In this document: positions 1-8,470 of the stretch, in pieces | Layout: each line of letters opens with the position of its first letter | How positions within the stretch are numbered: the first letter of the stretch is position 1 | Position numbers and translations under genes: made by a program | NCBI GenBank assembly: GCA_044352465.1 | Contig: JBILDU010000048.1 | Span: forward strand, 1 to 21,703 | Reading direction: 5' to 3' | DNA length: 21,703 bases | DNA from: Bdellovibrionota bacterium | Lineage (GTDB): Bacteria > Bdellovibrionota_C > UBA2361 | The notes under the pieces: generated by a model | Seen by the model: only the letters and a program-made list of their open reading frames with translations | Told to the model about the DNA's origin: nothing | The model's database searches: none

Positions 1-1
1 A

Positions 2-676
2 ATGCACCTTGGCGATCGTGAGTCGGTGATGCGGCGGATAGCGTATCTTTACGCGAATCCCGCGCGAGCTGGGCTCGTCAACGCTATTGAGCAATATCCA
101 GGCGTGTCATCGTGGAGTGGATTTCAAGGTGTTGCTGCAGATCTGAAAGCGACTATCTCCAAGGAGTGCCCCTGGGTGCAGGCACCCATGATTCCGCGCC
201 TTCCGGCGCGGTCGGTAACTGAACGGCAAGACTTAAGACTTTACGCGATGATGCGAGAGCGTGTGCGGCATAAGCATGAGCTGAAGCTTCAGCCGAATAG
301 CTGGATGGAGAGATTCGGGGTGACGACAACTCAGGAGATAGGGCAGGTCAATCGGTCGATTATCGCGATGGTACGGGAGCACGAGGAAGCGGCGCGAGTT
401 GAGCGCCAGAGTATGAACCGAAAAGTCGTTGGGGTGAATAAGCTTCGGCGGGAGCCATTGACTATGGACTATCGTCCGAAGAGGGACACTCGAAGGCTCT
501 TTGTGCATGCGGAGGATAAGGCGCTACGCATTCAGATGATTAAGCGTTATAAGGATTTTTGCGACAGGTGTCGTGAGTGCTACGAGCGGTGGAAGCTTGG
601 GGACTTTACCGTCGTGTGGCCCCCCGGGGCTTTCCGACCCCCACAGCCTAGTAACGCAAACTGGTATGGGCCGTAG
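2..676 (+). mobile_element. Y1/HUH (IS200-like, REP-associated tyrosine transposase-like) transposase, C-terminal part; 5' truncated by the window edge
   Basis: YLYANPARAGLVNAIEQYPGVSS matches the Y-x-x-x-N-P-x-x-A-G-L-V...Y-P-x-S-S catalytic Tyr motif of Y1_Tnp/RAYT proteins. The long C-terminal extension ending W..G...V.WPPG resembles Myxococcota/Deltaproteobacteria-type members. The HUH motif is not in the window. Confidence 0.7.
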
Positions 677-995
677 CGCGAGGCTGAAATCTTTACCGAA
701 ACAGACCATTGATATCGAGAGGGTAGGGGCAAAAGATTCATTCCCCGAAGGCGAAGTTGTACCGATTGCCAGGAGATCTGTGGTTCAATCCCTGGATTAG
801 GTTGCCATGAGCTCTATTTGAGTTTAGGGAAACCTACCGACTCCTTTGCACAAATACCACGATGCACTTTTCGCTGAGCATTCCGTGTAATTCGATGCGG
901 GGGCGACTAAAGGTGGGACGGACCAGGATGAAAGGAAACGGCCATCTGATTCTCCGAGTTGCCTCAGTGGAGGGAAATTAGTCATTCATATTCAT

Positions 996-1069
996 GGCTC
1001 TGGATGGGAGTGGGACGTACCAGCGCGTTTGGGGCTCTGGATGGGAGTGGGACGTACCAGCGCGTTTGG
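996..1069. repeat. Perfect 37-bp tandem direct repeat, 2 copies (GGCTCTGGATGGGAGTGGGACGTACCAGCGCGTTTGG)
   Basis: Copies at 996-1032 and 1033-1069 are identical. A 14-bp core variant GTGGGACGGACCAG lies at 913-926. Confidence 0.95.
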
Positions 1070-1280
1070 GGGTAATTTTTTGAGTTGAATCAGGGAAGTA
1101 GGGGGGTGTTTGAGTAGTGGGTGGGGTGGGCCTATTATCGTTGGTGATGTGAACGGTCTTGCACCGTCGCCCTCAGGTTTACGCTGGGGTTTTCCAATCA
1201 GTTTAGGGTAGTAGGCACGTTCGTACCTTTGCGCGGTGTGTTGCTGCGTGGAGGTGTGAACTAACGAAAGAGAGGTTCTC

Positions 1281-2210
1281 ATGGAGTGGTCCGTCCTGTT
1301 GTGGGTGGTGGCGGCTCTGCTCGGCGTGTGGATGGTGTACGTGCTCCTTCGGGCTACGTTCTTCATCGTACACGAGAGCACGGCTGCGATCGTGGAGCGG
1401 TTCGGGCGTTTCATCCGAGTTGCTCGGCCGGGTCTTCGTATGAAGATCCCGTTCGTCGACAGAGTGGCTGCGGTGGAGAGCCTGAGAGTGCGGGCTTTCC
1501 AGGCTGAGGTCGAGACGAAAACCAATGACCAGGCGTTCGTCAAGATCCCGGTGACTGTGCAGTTCCAGGTGGAGAGCTCGAAAGTTCAGGATGCTCACTA
1601 CTTGGTCGAGAAGCCGGTTGCGGTAATTCTCGACTTGGTGTCGGACTTCCTGCGTGGGCAGGTTCCCGGCATGTCGATTGATCAGCTCTTCGAAGGGAAG
1701 TTCGGTCTTGCTGACGATATCTTCGGCCGGCTGCGGGAGAAGATGCAGAGCTACGGATACGAGGTTCGAGCGGTGCTCATCACCGACTTGATGTTGGATG
1801 ATCGGACTCGCCAGGCGATGCAGATGCGCTTCGCGGCGCAACGGCAGCGTGAAGCCGCCGTTGACCTCGCGGAAGCGGAGAAGACGAAGCTGGTCAAGGC
1901 TGCCGAAGCCGAGGCCCAGGCGCGATTTCTCGAAGGACAGGGGGTCGCGCGCCAGCGCCGTGTGATCGCCAAGGGGCTCCGCGCTACTCTGGCATCGCTT
2001 GGGGACTCCTCCAAGGTGGACCCGAACCTTGTCACGCAGTTGATGGTGATGAGCCAGTACTTTGACTCCCTCGAAAAGATCGGTGGGCAGGGGAAGGTCA
2101 TCTTCTTGCCCCACGGTCCGGGCGGAGTCCGCGAACTGGAGTCGCAAATGCGGAATGCGATTCTCCAGGCGAATGAAGCTAGCTCTGGCGACAGTGCGGC
2201 TTCAACCTAG
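1281..2210 (+). CDS. SPFH/band-7 domain membrane protein (HIR-like subfamily)
   Basis: N-terminal TM helix; IVERFGRF; VETKTNDQAFV; AEA-rich coiled coil; QYFDSLEKIG...IFLPHGPGG. RBS-like AGAGG upstream. Confidence 0.92.
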   Translation: MEWSVLLWVVAALLGVWMVYVLLRATFFIVHESTAAIVERFGRFIRVARPGLRMKIPFVDRVAAVESLRVRAFQAEVETKTNDQAFVKIPVTVQFQVESSKVQDAHYLVEKPVAVILDLVSDFLRGQVPGMSIDQLFEGKFGLADDIFGRLREKMQSYGYEVRAVLITDLMLDDRTRQAMQMRFAAQRQREAAVDLAEAEKTKLVKAAEAEAQARFLEGQGVARQRRVIAKGLRATLASLGDSSKVDPNLVTQLMVMSQYFDSLEKIGGQGKVIFLPHGPGGVRELESQMRNAILQANEASSGDSAAST

Positions 2211-3127
2211 TGCCTCACGTGAGTCGGTGAGGTCTTTCGTTATCACTCTTCTCCCCCCAAAGGAGGAGAGTGGGTGTCTTTCTATCGATGTGTTTTGGGC
2301 GCATCCGTCCGGTTCCACGATAGTGAACCATCTTTCCTTTTACCACGTCTCGTCAGCTTCGTTCGACCCTGAGAGCGCTTGTCGCACGTGCGGGGGGAGT
2401 CGCCATACGTGGCAGCGCATGTGTCAGCTGAGAGAGATGATACATCGAGACCAGGTAACGGCGAGCGCCATCTCGTGCGAATTAGCGCTTGTAGCATTCG
2501 ACTATTTGAGCTGGATCGACTGCTGGCCCCCCTCGATGCCGAATGGAGCGTGGGTCGGACTCAGCTGACGCCGAGGTCTCCTTCGAACGTTGCTCGAAGT
2601 TAGCTGACCTCAGCGGCAATGGCGGCCAAGCGCGGTTTCCCTCCGTTGTTTTCGGGAAAAGCCACTTTTAATCGCAAGTATGGGGAAGGATGTGCAGTCC
2701 CCATGGCCCTGCTACTCAGCACAGCTTGTCGCAGCATGATCCGCTATTTCGGGATGCGTGGAGCTCAGGCCTAATTTTTGTCGTCAAGAGTCGTCCCTGG
2801 CCTTGGGCGACCCGCTCTATGCTGGCATATGGGTTGTTTTAGCCCCTCCCCTGGCACATTCGATCGGTCGCTCTATTTTGCTTCGCTCAGTAGCCTTCCC
2901 ACTAACGGGCGATTCCCTCACCGGTGCAACGCGCTGGCCCCCACCAGCTGTGGAGTGGTTAGCGGGACAGCGCTCGAGCGATGCAAGACCTGGGATGACT
3001 TGAAGCGCTGTGCAAGATTTGACGGGCTTGCAAATCGATTGAACTGAATATTCAATATAAGTGGAGGAGGGGCGGTCTAGTTGCCGATGCGCCCCGAAAA
3101 GAGGTTCTTTTATCAGGGCAAGAAGCC

Positions 3128-3949
3128 CTAGGCCTGATGATGCGAAACTATCATCTGATTTGATTCGAAGCGAACCAGGGTAAACATCGGTGCAGGTTCA
3201 GGAAAGTACGATGGCTCGAGAACTCCAGGCTGTATATTCATCGCCACTGCACTTGCCGGGACGGATTGGTAGAAAATGCCTTCATCGAGAACCCCAACCG
3301 CACGATGAATATGCCCTGAAAATACCCCACGCACCTGACCAGCCGGTTGTCCTTTTAACAACGCATGGAGTTGTGGTCCGTTCTCCAGTATCATACGACT
3401 ATCTACCCATGGGACATGGAGTGGCCGAGCTGGATAGTGCAGGAATATCGTCAGTGATTGAGGAGCTGATGAAAGCTCGGCGTCTAGAAAATCAAATTGT
3501 TCATCAGCGAGTCTCCCATTCCAGGGCGAGGCAGATTCATGGGGCTCCAGAGCTACAAACCGATGTCCTCGGCATGAAAACGCGTAGGAGACCGGCGAGG
3601 GGCCTTGGGTGAATCGATCTCCCTGTTCGCGGGGGAGAAGCTGGCTTACCTCTTCGGAGCGGTCGTGATTTCCGGCCAGGTACCAGAGCGGTGAGGTGAG
3701 GGGGTTAAATATCTCACGCGCCAACTCCTCTGACCGAGGATCGGGGTCCGCAACGATGTCACCAAGGTGAACGATAAAAGCAGGCTTTTCGATCAGCGCT
3801 TCGACTGCCCGTACCACTCGCCGAGCTCGTGCGGCGGTTTGAATACCTTGGCTCTCAAACGTTTCCCCAGGTCCGATGTGAGTATCTGAAAGGAGAGCGA
3901 AGCAAAGACGTGAGGCCCTGCCGGCTTGAGTCGCCGCGGGTACGCTCAT
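3128..3949 (-). CDS. Calcineurin-like metallophosphoesterase (Icc/CpdA-like)
   Basis: Motifs SDTH, HLGD, AGNHD, LHYP and SGHIH. ATG at 3949 overlaps the TGA of the upstream epimerase (TGATG); an in-frame GTG lies at 3952. Confidence 0.9.
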   Translation of the reverse strand: MSVPAATQAGRASRLCFALLSDTHIGPGETFESQGIQTAARARRVVRAVEALIEKPAFIVHLGDIVADPDPRSEELAREIFNPLTSPLWYLAGNHDRSEEVSQLLPREQGDRFTQGPSPVSYAFSCRGHRFVALEPHESASPWNGRLADEQFDFLDAELSSAPQSLTIFLHYPARPLHVPWVDSRMILENGPQLHALLKGQPAGQVRGVFSGHIHRAVGVLDEGIFYQSVPASAVAMNIQPGVLEPSYFPEPAPMFTLVRFESNQMIVSHHQA

Positions 3950-4932
3950 CACAATAATCCGTGGGATTTAAAATAGTCAGCGACTGCAACGATCTCAGCC
4001 CGTGAGGGGAGCGCTGGTGTAAAGCCGAGCTCTTGAGCGGATTTCGTGGTGTCAAAATACCGCGCTTTGGTGAAGAAATCGACCCGTCGACGGTAAATCG
4101 GCGGCGCGATGCCAAACGGTGCGCATAATATTTCACATACCGTTCCTGCGAGCTGAGTGAGCCTCACCGGCAAATGTAACCAGGGACGCTTAACCCCCAA
4201 ATGGTCGGCGATGAGATTCACCGCCTCACGGAGAGGCAGCGGTGCTTCCCCCGCGATGTGATATATCTCGCCGTTGAGCTCCCGATGCTCCATCGCGAGC
4301 TGAAACGCTCGGGCGAGATCTCGGATGTCGATAAAATGGACACTTTTATCTCCAGGCCCAACGTAAAAGAACTTTTCCCGAGCGATCATGCGGAAAAGTT
4401 TTAAGTGCCGGGTATCACCTGGCCCGTACACCATCGCGGGGCGAATGACGACACCGCGAATTCTCCCGGTGCGAAAATATTCGAGGGCGATTTTTTCCCC
4501 CTCGGTTTTGCTCCGCTGATAGAGGTCTCCTGGGGCATATGGAGTCGTATGCCGGCCAGGTGGATCTTTGATATCGCCGAGAACTCCACCTGTCGATGTG
4601 TGGACAAAACGCTCTACCCCGCCGGCGATCGATGCCTCAAGTAGGTGCCGTGTGCCCTCAGCGTTAACGGAGAAGTATGTGGACTCAGGTAGTCCCGCTT
4701 CCCGGTAGAGGGCACCGATGTGGTAGACCCCGGTACAGCCTTTCACTGCCCGGTCAAGGCTCGCTCGATCAGTCAGATCGCCTAGTATGATTTCGGCGCC
4801 GAGTTCCTTTGCTGCTTGCCCCTTCAGCTCGCTCCGAACGAGAGCGCGCACAGCGATATTTTGGGATCGGAGTAGTTTCACCACAGCAAGCCCGATTTCT
4901 CCTGAAGCACCGGTCACAAGAAAGAGGCCCAT
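3949..4932 (-). CDS. NAD-dependent epimerase/dehydratase (extended SDR)
   Basis: N-terminal LVTGASGEIG Rossmann motif, catalytic YQRSK (YxxxK), IRPAMVYGPGD. Confidence 0.92.
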   Translation of the reverse strand: MGLFLVTGASGEIGLAVVKLLRSQNIAVRALVRSELKGQAAKELGAEIILGDLTDRASLDRAVKGCTGVYHIGALYREAGLPESTYFSVNAEGTRHLLEASIAGGVERFVHTSTGGVLGDIKDPPGRHTTPYAPGDLYQRSKTEGEKIALEYFRTGRIRGVVIRPAMVYGPGDTRHLKLFRMIAREKFFYVGPGDKSVHFIDIRDLARAFQLAMEHRELNGEIYHIAGEAPLPLREAVNLIADHLGVKRPWLHLPVRLTQLAGTVCEILCAPFGIAPPIYRRRVDFFTKARYFDTTKSAQELGFTPALPSRAEIVAVADYFKSHGLL

Positions 4933-4934
4933 CG

Positions 4935-5729
4935 CTACTTCCGAAAAAAATTAAAAACGCAGGGTGAGCCGAATGCTGTCGTGAGCCCCAAAGCTCGCGG
5001 CGGAAACTCGACGATCTCAGAAAGGAGGGGTGTCTTTAAAAGTCGGTGTACTACCATCGGCCAGAAAAACTCCCCGACGCGCCCGCCGCGGCGAAATCCA
5101 TGTCGCGCAAACTCTCGCGTTACTTGGTGATGGCGAAAGAGGCGATAGGACCGCGTATTACCCTCAACGCGCTTCTTGGCGCTGAAAAAGAGCGGTGATA
5201 GAAAATTAAAACTCTGCGTTGTCGGGTAGTCGACGATCACCCCCCGGCGGGCAACGCGGCACATTTCCTTAATGAGCACCTCCCACTCGTCCATATGCGG
5301 AAGAAGACGGAAGGAGGTCACAATATCAAATGATTGATCGGGGAAGGGGAGCTTGATGAGGTCCCCCATTTCGAAGCGGCATTCCCCCGAGTCAACGAGT
5401 TTGGCGAGCCGAGGTTGCATTCCCTTTCCGCTTCCTATGACGGTGACTTTATATCCGACGCCGTGGAGCAGTGGTGCTATCTGGCCGTGGCCACCCCCAA
5501 CATCGAGAGCCGAGATCTCCTCTTGGGTGGGGGCATATCGATCGAGTAGGTTTAAGAGAGCTCTTTCTTGAACCTTGAGAAGCCATGCGCCCGCGGGGCC
5601 AGTGAAGCGAGTGGCATAGTCGTCCGAAGCGGTTTCGACATCCGCATACGGTTTTGCCTCAACATGCGATGAGGGCGAGGTGAGGGAGTCGGTTGAATCT
5701 GAAGCCATAGCAACGAAATCTTTCTCCAT
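4935..5729 (-). CDS. Class I SAM-dependent methyltransferase
   Basis: Motif I LDVGGGHG; GDLIKLPFPDQSFDIV; EMCRV. 2-nt gap to the downstream epimerase. Confidence 0.9.
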   Translation of the reverse strand: MEKDFVAMASDSTDSLTSPSSHVEAKPYADVETASDDYATRFTGPAGAWLLKVQERALLNLLDRYAPTQEEISALDVGGGHGQIAPLLHGVGYKVTVIGSGKGMQPRLAKLVDSGECRFEMGDLIKLPFPDQSFDIVTSFRLLPHMDEWEVLIKEMCRVARRGVIVDYPTTQSFNFLSPLFFSAKKRVEGNTRSYRLFRHHQVTREFARHGFRRGGRVGEFFWPMVVHRLLKTPLLSEIVEFPPRALGLTTAFGSPCVFNFFRK

Positions 5730-5799
5730 TGTGTTATATCTGGCTCGACGCGTTCCTTAAAGAGAGGTGCTGGGATGGTCAGCCAAGGCCGCGCTTTAT

Positions 5800-5828
5800 T
5801 TGCGCGCCCGGGGGGCGTGTGATAGAAC
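5800..5828 (+). promoter_or_regulatory. Putative sigma-70 promoter for the FrhB-SGNH-GT4-pirin operon
   Basis: TTGCGC (5800-5805), 17-nt spacer, TAGAAC (5823-5828), preceded by an extended -10 TG, in the divergent intergenic region. Confidence 0.4.
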
Positions 5829-5853
5829 GTCAGTGGTCTTTTAACCTTAAAAC

Positions 5854-7386
5854 ATGAGCGGTGCCAATACCTTATCGGATTCGTCGGGGCGTTCGACTCC
5901 CCGTTCGCTGCGGGTTCTTCCGGAGTCGGCACCGCTACGCGAGCGGGGCCCATTTGTAGAGCCCATGGGATGGCCCCTCCCTGAGGGAGGGCAGCTCCCC
6001 CGCGCTTTACGGGGGCTCTCCCAGATCGTCGATGGGGGCCTTTGTCACCGGTGTGGTTCGTGTGTGGGGATCTGTCCCACCGGAGTGCTCGCTCTCGACG
6101 ACCGCGAATATCCTACCGTTAAAAATCTCTCCGCGTGTACCGATTGCGATCTGTGCATGCGAGTTTGTCCCGGCGATGAGTTTGACTTCAAAGCTTTTCA
6201 CACGGCTCTTTTTGGAGCCCCCGCTGAGTTGACCAATACCCATGGTCATTTTATCGACAGCGCAGTGGCGTATTCAACTGAGCCGATCATTCGCGAGCAC
6301 TCAACGAGCGGTGGTGTGGTAACGGCGATCCTGATTGATCTACTCGAGCGCAAGGAGATTGATGGAGCCATCGTCATCGCCTCTGATGAGACGAGCCTGT
6401 GGAAAGGGAAGCCGGTCGTGGCGCGGACTCGCGCGGAACTTCTGGGGGCGATGAAGTCGAAATACGCCATCTGCCCGACGAATGCGGCTTTTAAGGAGGT
6501 TCGAGAGATTGAGGGTCGGTACGCGTTGGTGGGGTTGCCGTGTCAGATTCACGGGTTTCGCAAAGCGGCTGAGCTTGATGCCCGGCTGAAGTCGCGGATT
6601 ACCTTGGCGATCGGGCTTTTTTGTCATGCCGCTATCGAGCACGAGGCGTTTGAAGTTATCTGGGAGACCTTAGGTGACAAGGGGCCACGAGCGAAGCGTT
6701 TTATTTCGCGGATCGGAAAGCATCCCGGCACCCCCCATGTTGAGCTCGAGGACGGTTCGCTCTATCCCGTTTATTTCGGCGAGCGAAAGGGATATCGGCC
6801 GACCTCGATAGAGGTTATCAACGTGCTCTACCGGCTGTTCACTCCGGAGCGGTGTACCACCTGCTTCGATGGCCTCTCCGACTTCGCCGATATTAGTGTG
6901 GGAGATCCGTGGATGTCGCCACCGGAGAATCATGTCGACTGGTACCAAGGCTGGAGTTTTACCTTGTTACGAACCGCGCGGGGGAAAGCTGTATTCGATA
7001 GCCTCGTGTCGAGTGGGAAGCTCGTGTCGGTGCCGATTACTCGTCGGGAGGCGCTTCGTTCTAATATCTTGATGGCTGAGGAGAAACGTTGGCGTGCTTT
7101 TCGTGTTATCGAGACTCATCGACGCCAAGGTAAGTCGATTCCTGCTTACGGGGATCCGCACACCCGCTTCCCCAGTCACTCCGGTTGGCAGTTTGTGAAG
7201 ACCGAACTTCACATGCTCACACACCTCTTCTGCTTTTTACCCAAGTATCGCGCCCGGGTGTTGCGGTTTTTCCTCGGGAGCGGAGGGTATTATCTTTTTT
7301 GGCTCAACAGTCAGCGACGAGCGCTCCGGGTTTGGGTGCGGGATTCGGTAGCAAGGGTTCGTCGTTCTTTCTTAGGAAGACGCTAA
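5854..7386 (+). CDS. Coenzyme F420 hydrogenase/dehydrogenase beta-subunit (FrhB/FdhB family) Fe-S flavoprotein with N-terminal 2x[4Fe-4S] ferredoxin domain
   Basis: CHRCGSCVGICP and CTDCDLCMRVCP; STSGGVVT; KSKY; VGLPCQ; IGLFC; RCTTCFD...DISVGDPW. The true start may lie downstream. Confidence 0.9.
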   Translation: MSGANTLSDSSGRSTPRSLRVLPESAPLRERGPFVEPMGWPLPEGGQLPRALRGLSQIVDGGLCHRCGSCVGICPTGVLALDDREYPTVKNLSACTDCDLCMRVCPGDEFDFKAFHTALFGAPAELTNTHGHFIDSAVAYSTEPIIREHSTSGGVVTAILIDLLERKEIDGAIVIASDETSLWKGKPVVARTRAELLGAMKSKYAICPTNAAFKEVREIEGRYALVGLPCQIHGFRKAAELDARLKSRITLAIGLFCHAAIEHEAFEVIWETLGDKGPRAKRFISRIGKHPGTPHVELEDGSLYPVYFGERKGYRPTSIEVINVLYRLFTPERCTTCFDGLSDFADISVGDPWMSPPENHVDWYQGWSFTLLRTARGKAVFDSLVSSGKLVSVPITRREALRSNILMAEEKRWRAFRVIETHRRQGKSIPAYGDPHTRFPSHSGWQFVKTELHMLTHLFCFLPKYRARVLRFFLGSGGYYLFWLNSQRRALRVWVRDSVARVRRSFLGRR

Positions 7387-7387
7387 G

Positions 7388-8470
7388 ATGGCCGATGGCG
7401 AGACGGGGAACGAGACTACAGGTGAGGGCGGCGCGGAGAGGCCGTCACGTGCGGTCATCGTGATGGCGCTCCTTGGGCTGAGCGTTGGCGGTATCATTGT
7501 GGCGCTTCTCGTTGTCGAGATTATCTTCCGTCTCGTCTACCGTGCACCGCTCTCTTGGAACGATCGGCCGCAGAGCTACTTTATCCCCCAAAACGCAACC
7601 GTTTTAACCGATAGAAGCTATCCCGAGAAGAAAAAGCCGGGGACGATCCGTATCGCCGTCGTGGGGGATTCCTTTTCATTCGCGCCCTACATGCAGTTTG
7701 ACGATACCTTCGCGAAGCGGCTCGAAAGGTGGCTGAATCTCAACGACCATCAGCCCCCCGTCGAGGTAATCAATTACGGTGTGCCACGCTACTCAACCTC
7801 CCATGAGGTCGCTGTCGTTGAACGTGCGATTAAAGCTGAAGCGGACCTCATACTTTTGCAGATTACTTTGAACGACCCAGAGATTAAGCCGTATCGGCCG
7901 ACAGGATTGTTAGTTGATGAGAATACCGGCGAAGTAAAGGTAACGAATCGGCTGTTTTCCCATTGGCGCTCGCTGGGCTACGTTGTCACGCGGATTCGCA
8001 ATACCGAAACTCATAAAGAGTATGTCCGGTACTTTTTTAAACTTTTTGAAGGCAAAAAGACCTGGCGAAATTTTCACGATTCATTAAAGGCGATCGTGAG
8101 CCGGTGTAAAGATGCACAGGTCCCCCTGGTGGCCACGGTTTTCCCGCTTTTTGGCCACCCGGTGAATGCCGACTATCCCTTCTATCCGCTCCATGAGAAG
8201 GTCGCGGGAGCGCTGCATGGTCTTAAAGTCCCTTCGCTCGATATCGCCCAAAGCTATCGTGATATTCCTCTTGAGAGGCTTCAGGTTATCCCGATAGTCG
8301 ACCGTCATCCAAATGAGATCGGGCACCGCATCGCGGCGGAGGCGATAATGCCGTGGCTCCAAGGTTTGAATTTGTTACCCCAAGCCATCTTTCCCCGAAG
8401 AGTGGTGCCCGAGCGGATCGGAATTATTCCCCCAGATGCCGTGCCGAAGGGTCAAGGAGTAGATCCGTGA
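7388..8470 (+). CDS. Membrane-anchored SGNH/GDSL hydrolase family protein (possible O-acyl esterase or transferase)
   Basis: N-terminal TM segment; block I VVGDSF, block II NYGV, block III ITLND, block V DRHPN. Confidence 0.88.
   Translation: MADGETGNETTGEGGAERPSRAVIVMALLGLSVGGIIVALLVVEIIFRLVYRAPLSWNDRPQSYFIPQNATVLTDRSYPEKKKPGTIRIAVVGDSFSFAPYMQFDDTFAKRLERWLNLNDHQPPVEVINYGVPRYSTSHEVAVVERAIKAEADLILLQITLNDPEIKPYRPTGLLVDENTGEVKVTNRLFSHWRSLGYVVTRIRNTETHKEYVRYFFKLFEGKKTWRNFHDSLKAIVSRCKDAQVPLVATVFPLFGHPVNADYPFYPLHEKVAGALHGLKVPSLDIAQSYRDIPLERLQVIPIVDRHPNEIGHRIAAEAIMPWLQGLNLLPQAIFPRRVVPERIGIIPPDAVPKGQGVDP

Noticed and set aside
780..795. GGTTCAATCCC resembling a tRNA T-loop
   Set aside because: The T-stem does not pair and no cloverleaf can be built.
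996..1069. 37-bp repeats as a CRISPR array
   Set aside because: Only two directly abutting copies, no spacer, and no cas genes.
1203..2147. 314-aa minus-strand ORF
   Set aside because: Antisense shadow of the well-supported SPFH gene, with no recognisable motifs.
2062..2568. 168-aa plus-strand ORF with CxxC
   Set aside because: Overlaps the SPFH 3' end, has no convincing start or RBS in frame, and no recognisable family.
2915..2947. CCCCACCA resembling a tRNA or tmRNA 3' end
   Set aside because: No paired T-arm, no G3-U70 alanine identity pair, and no matching 5' acceptor strand found.
8353..8466. ORF-track start of GT4 at 8353
   Set aside because: It would overlap SGNH by more than 100 nt; GTG 8467 gives the typical MRILFL GT4 start with a GTGA overlap.
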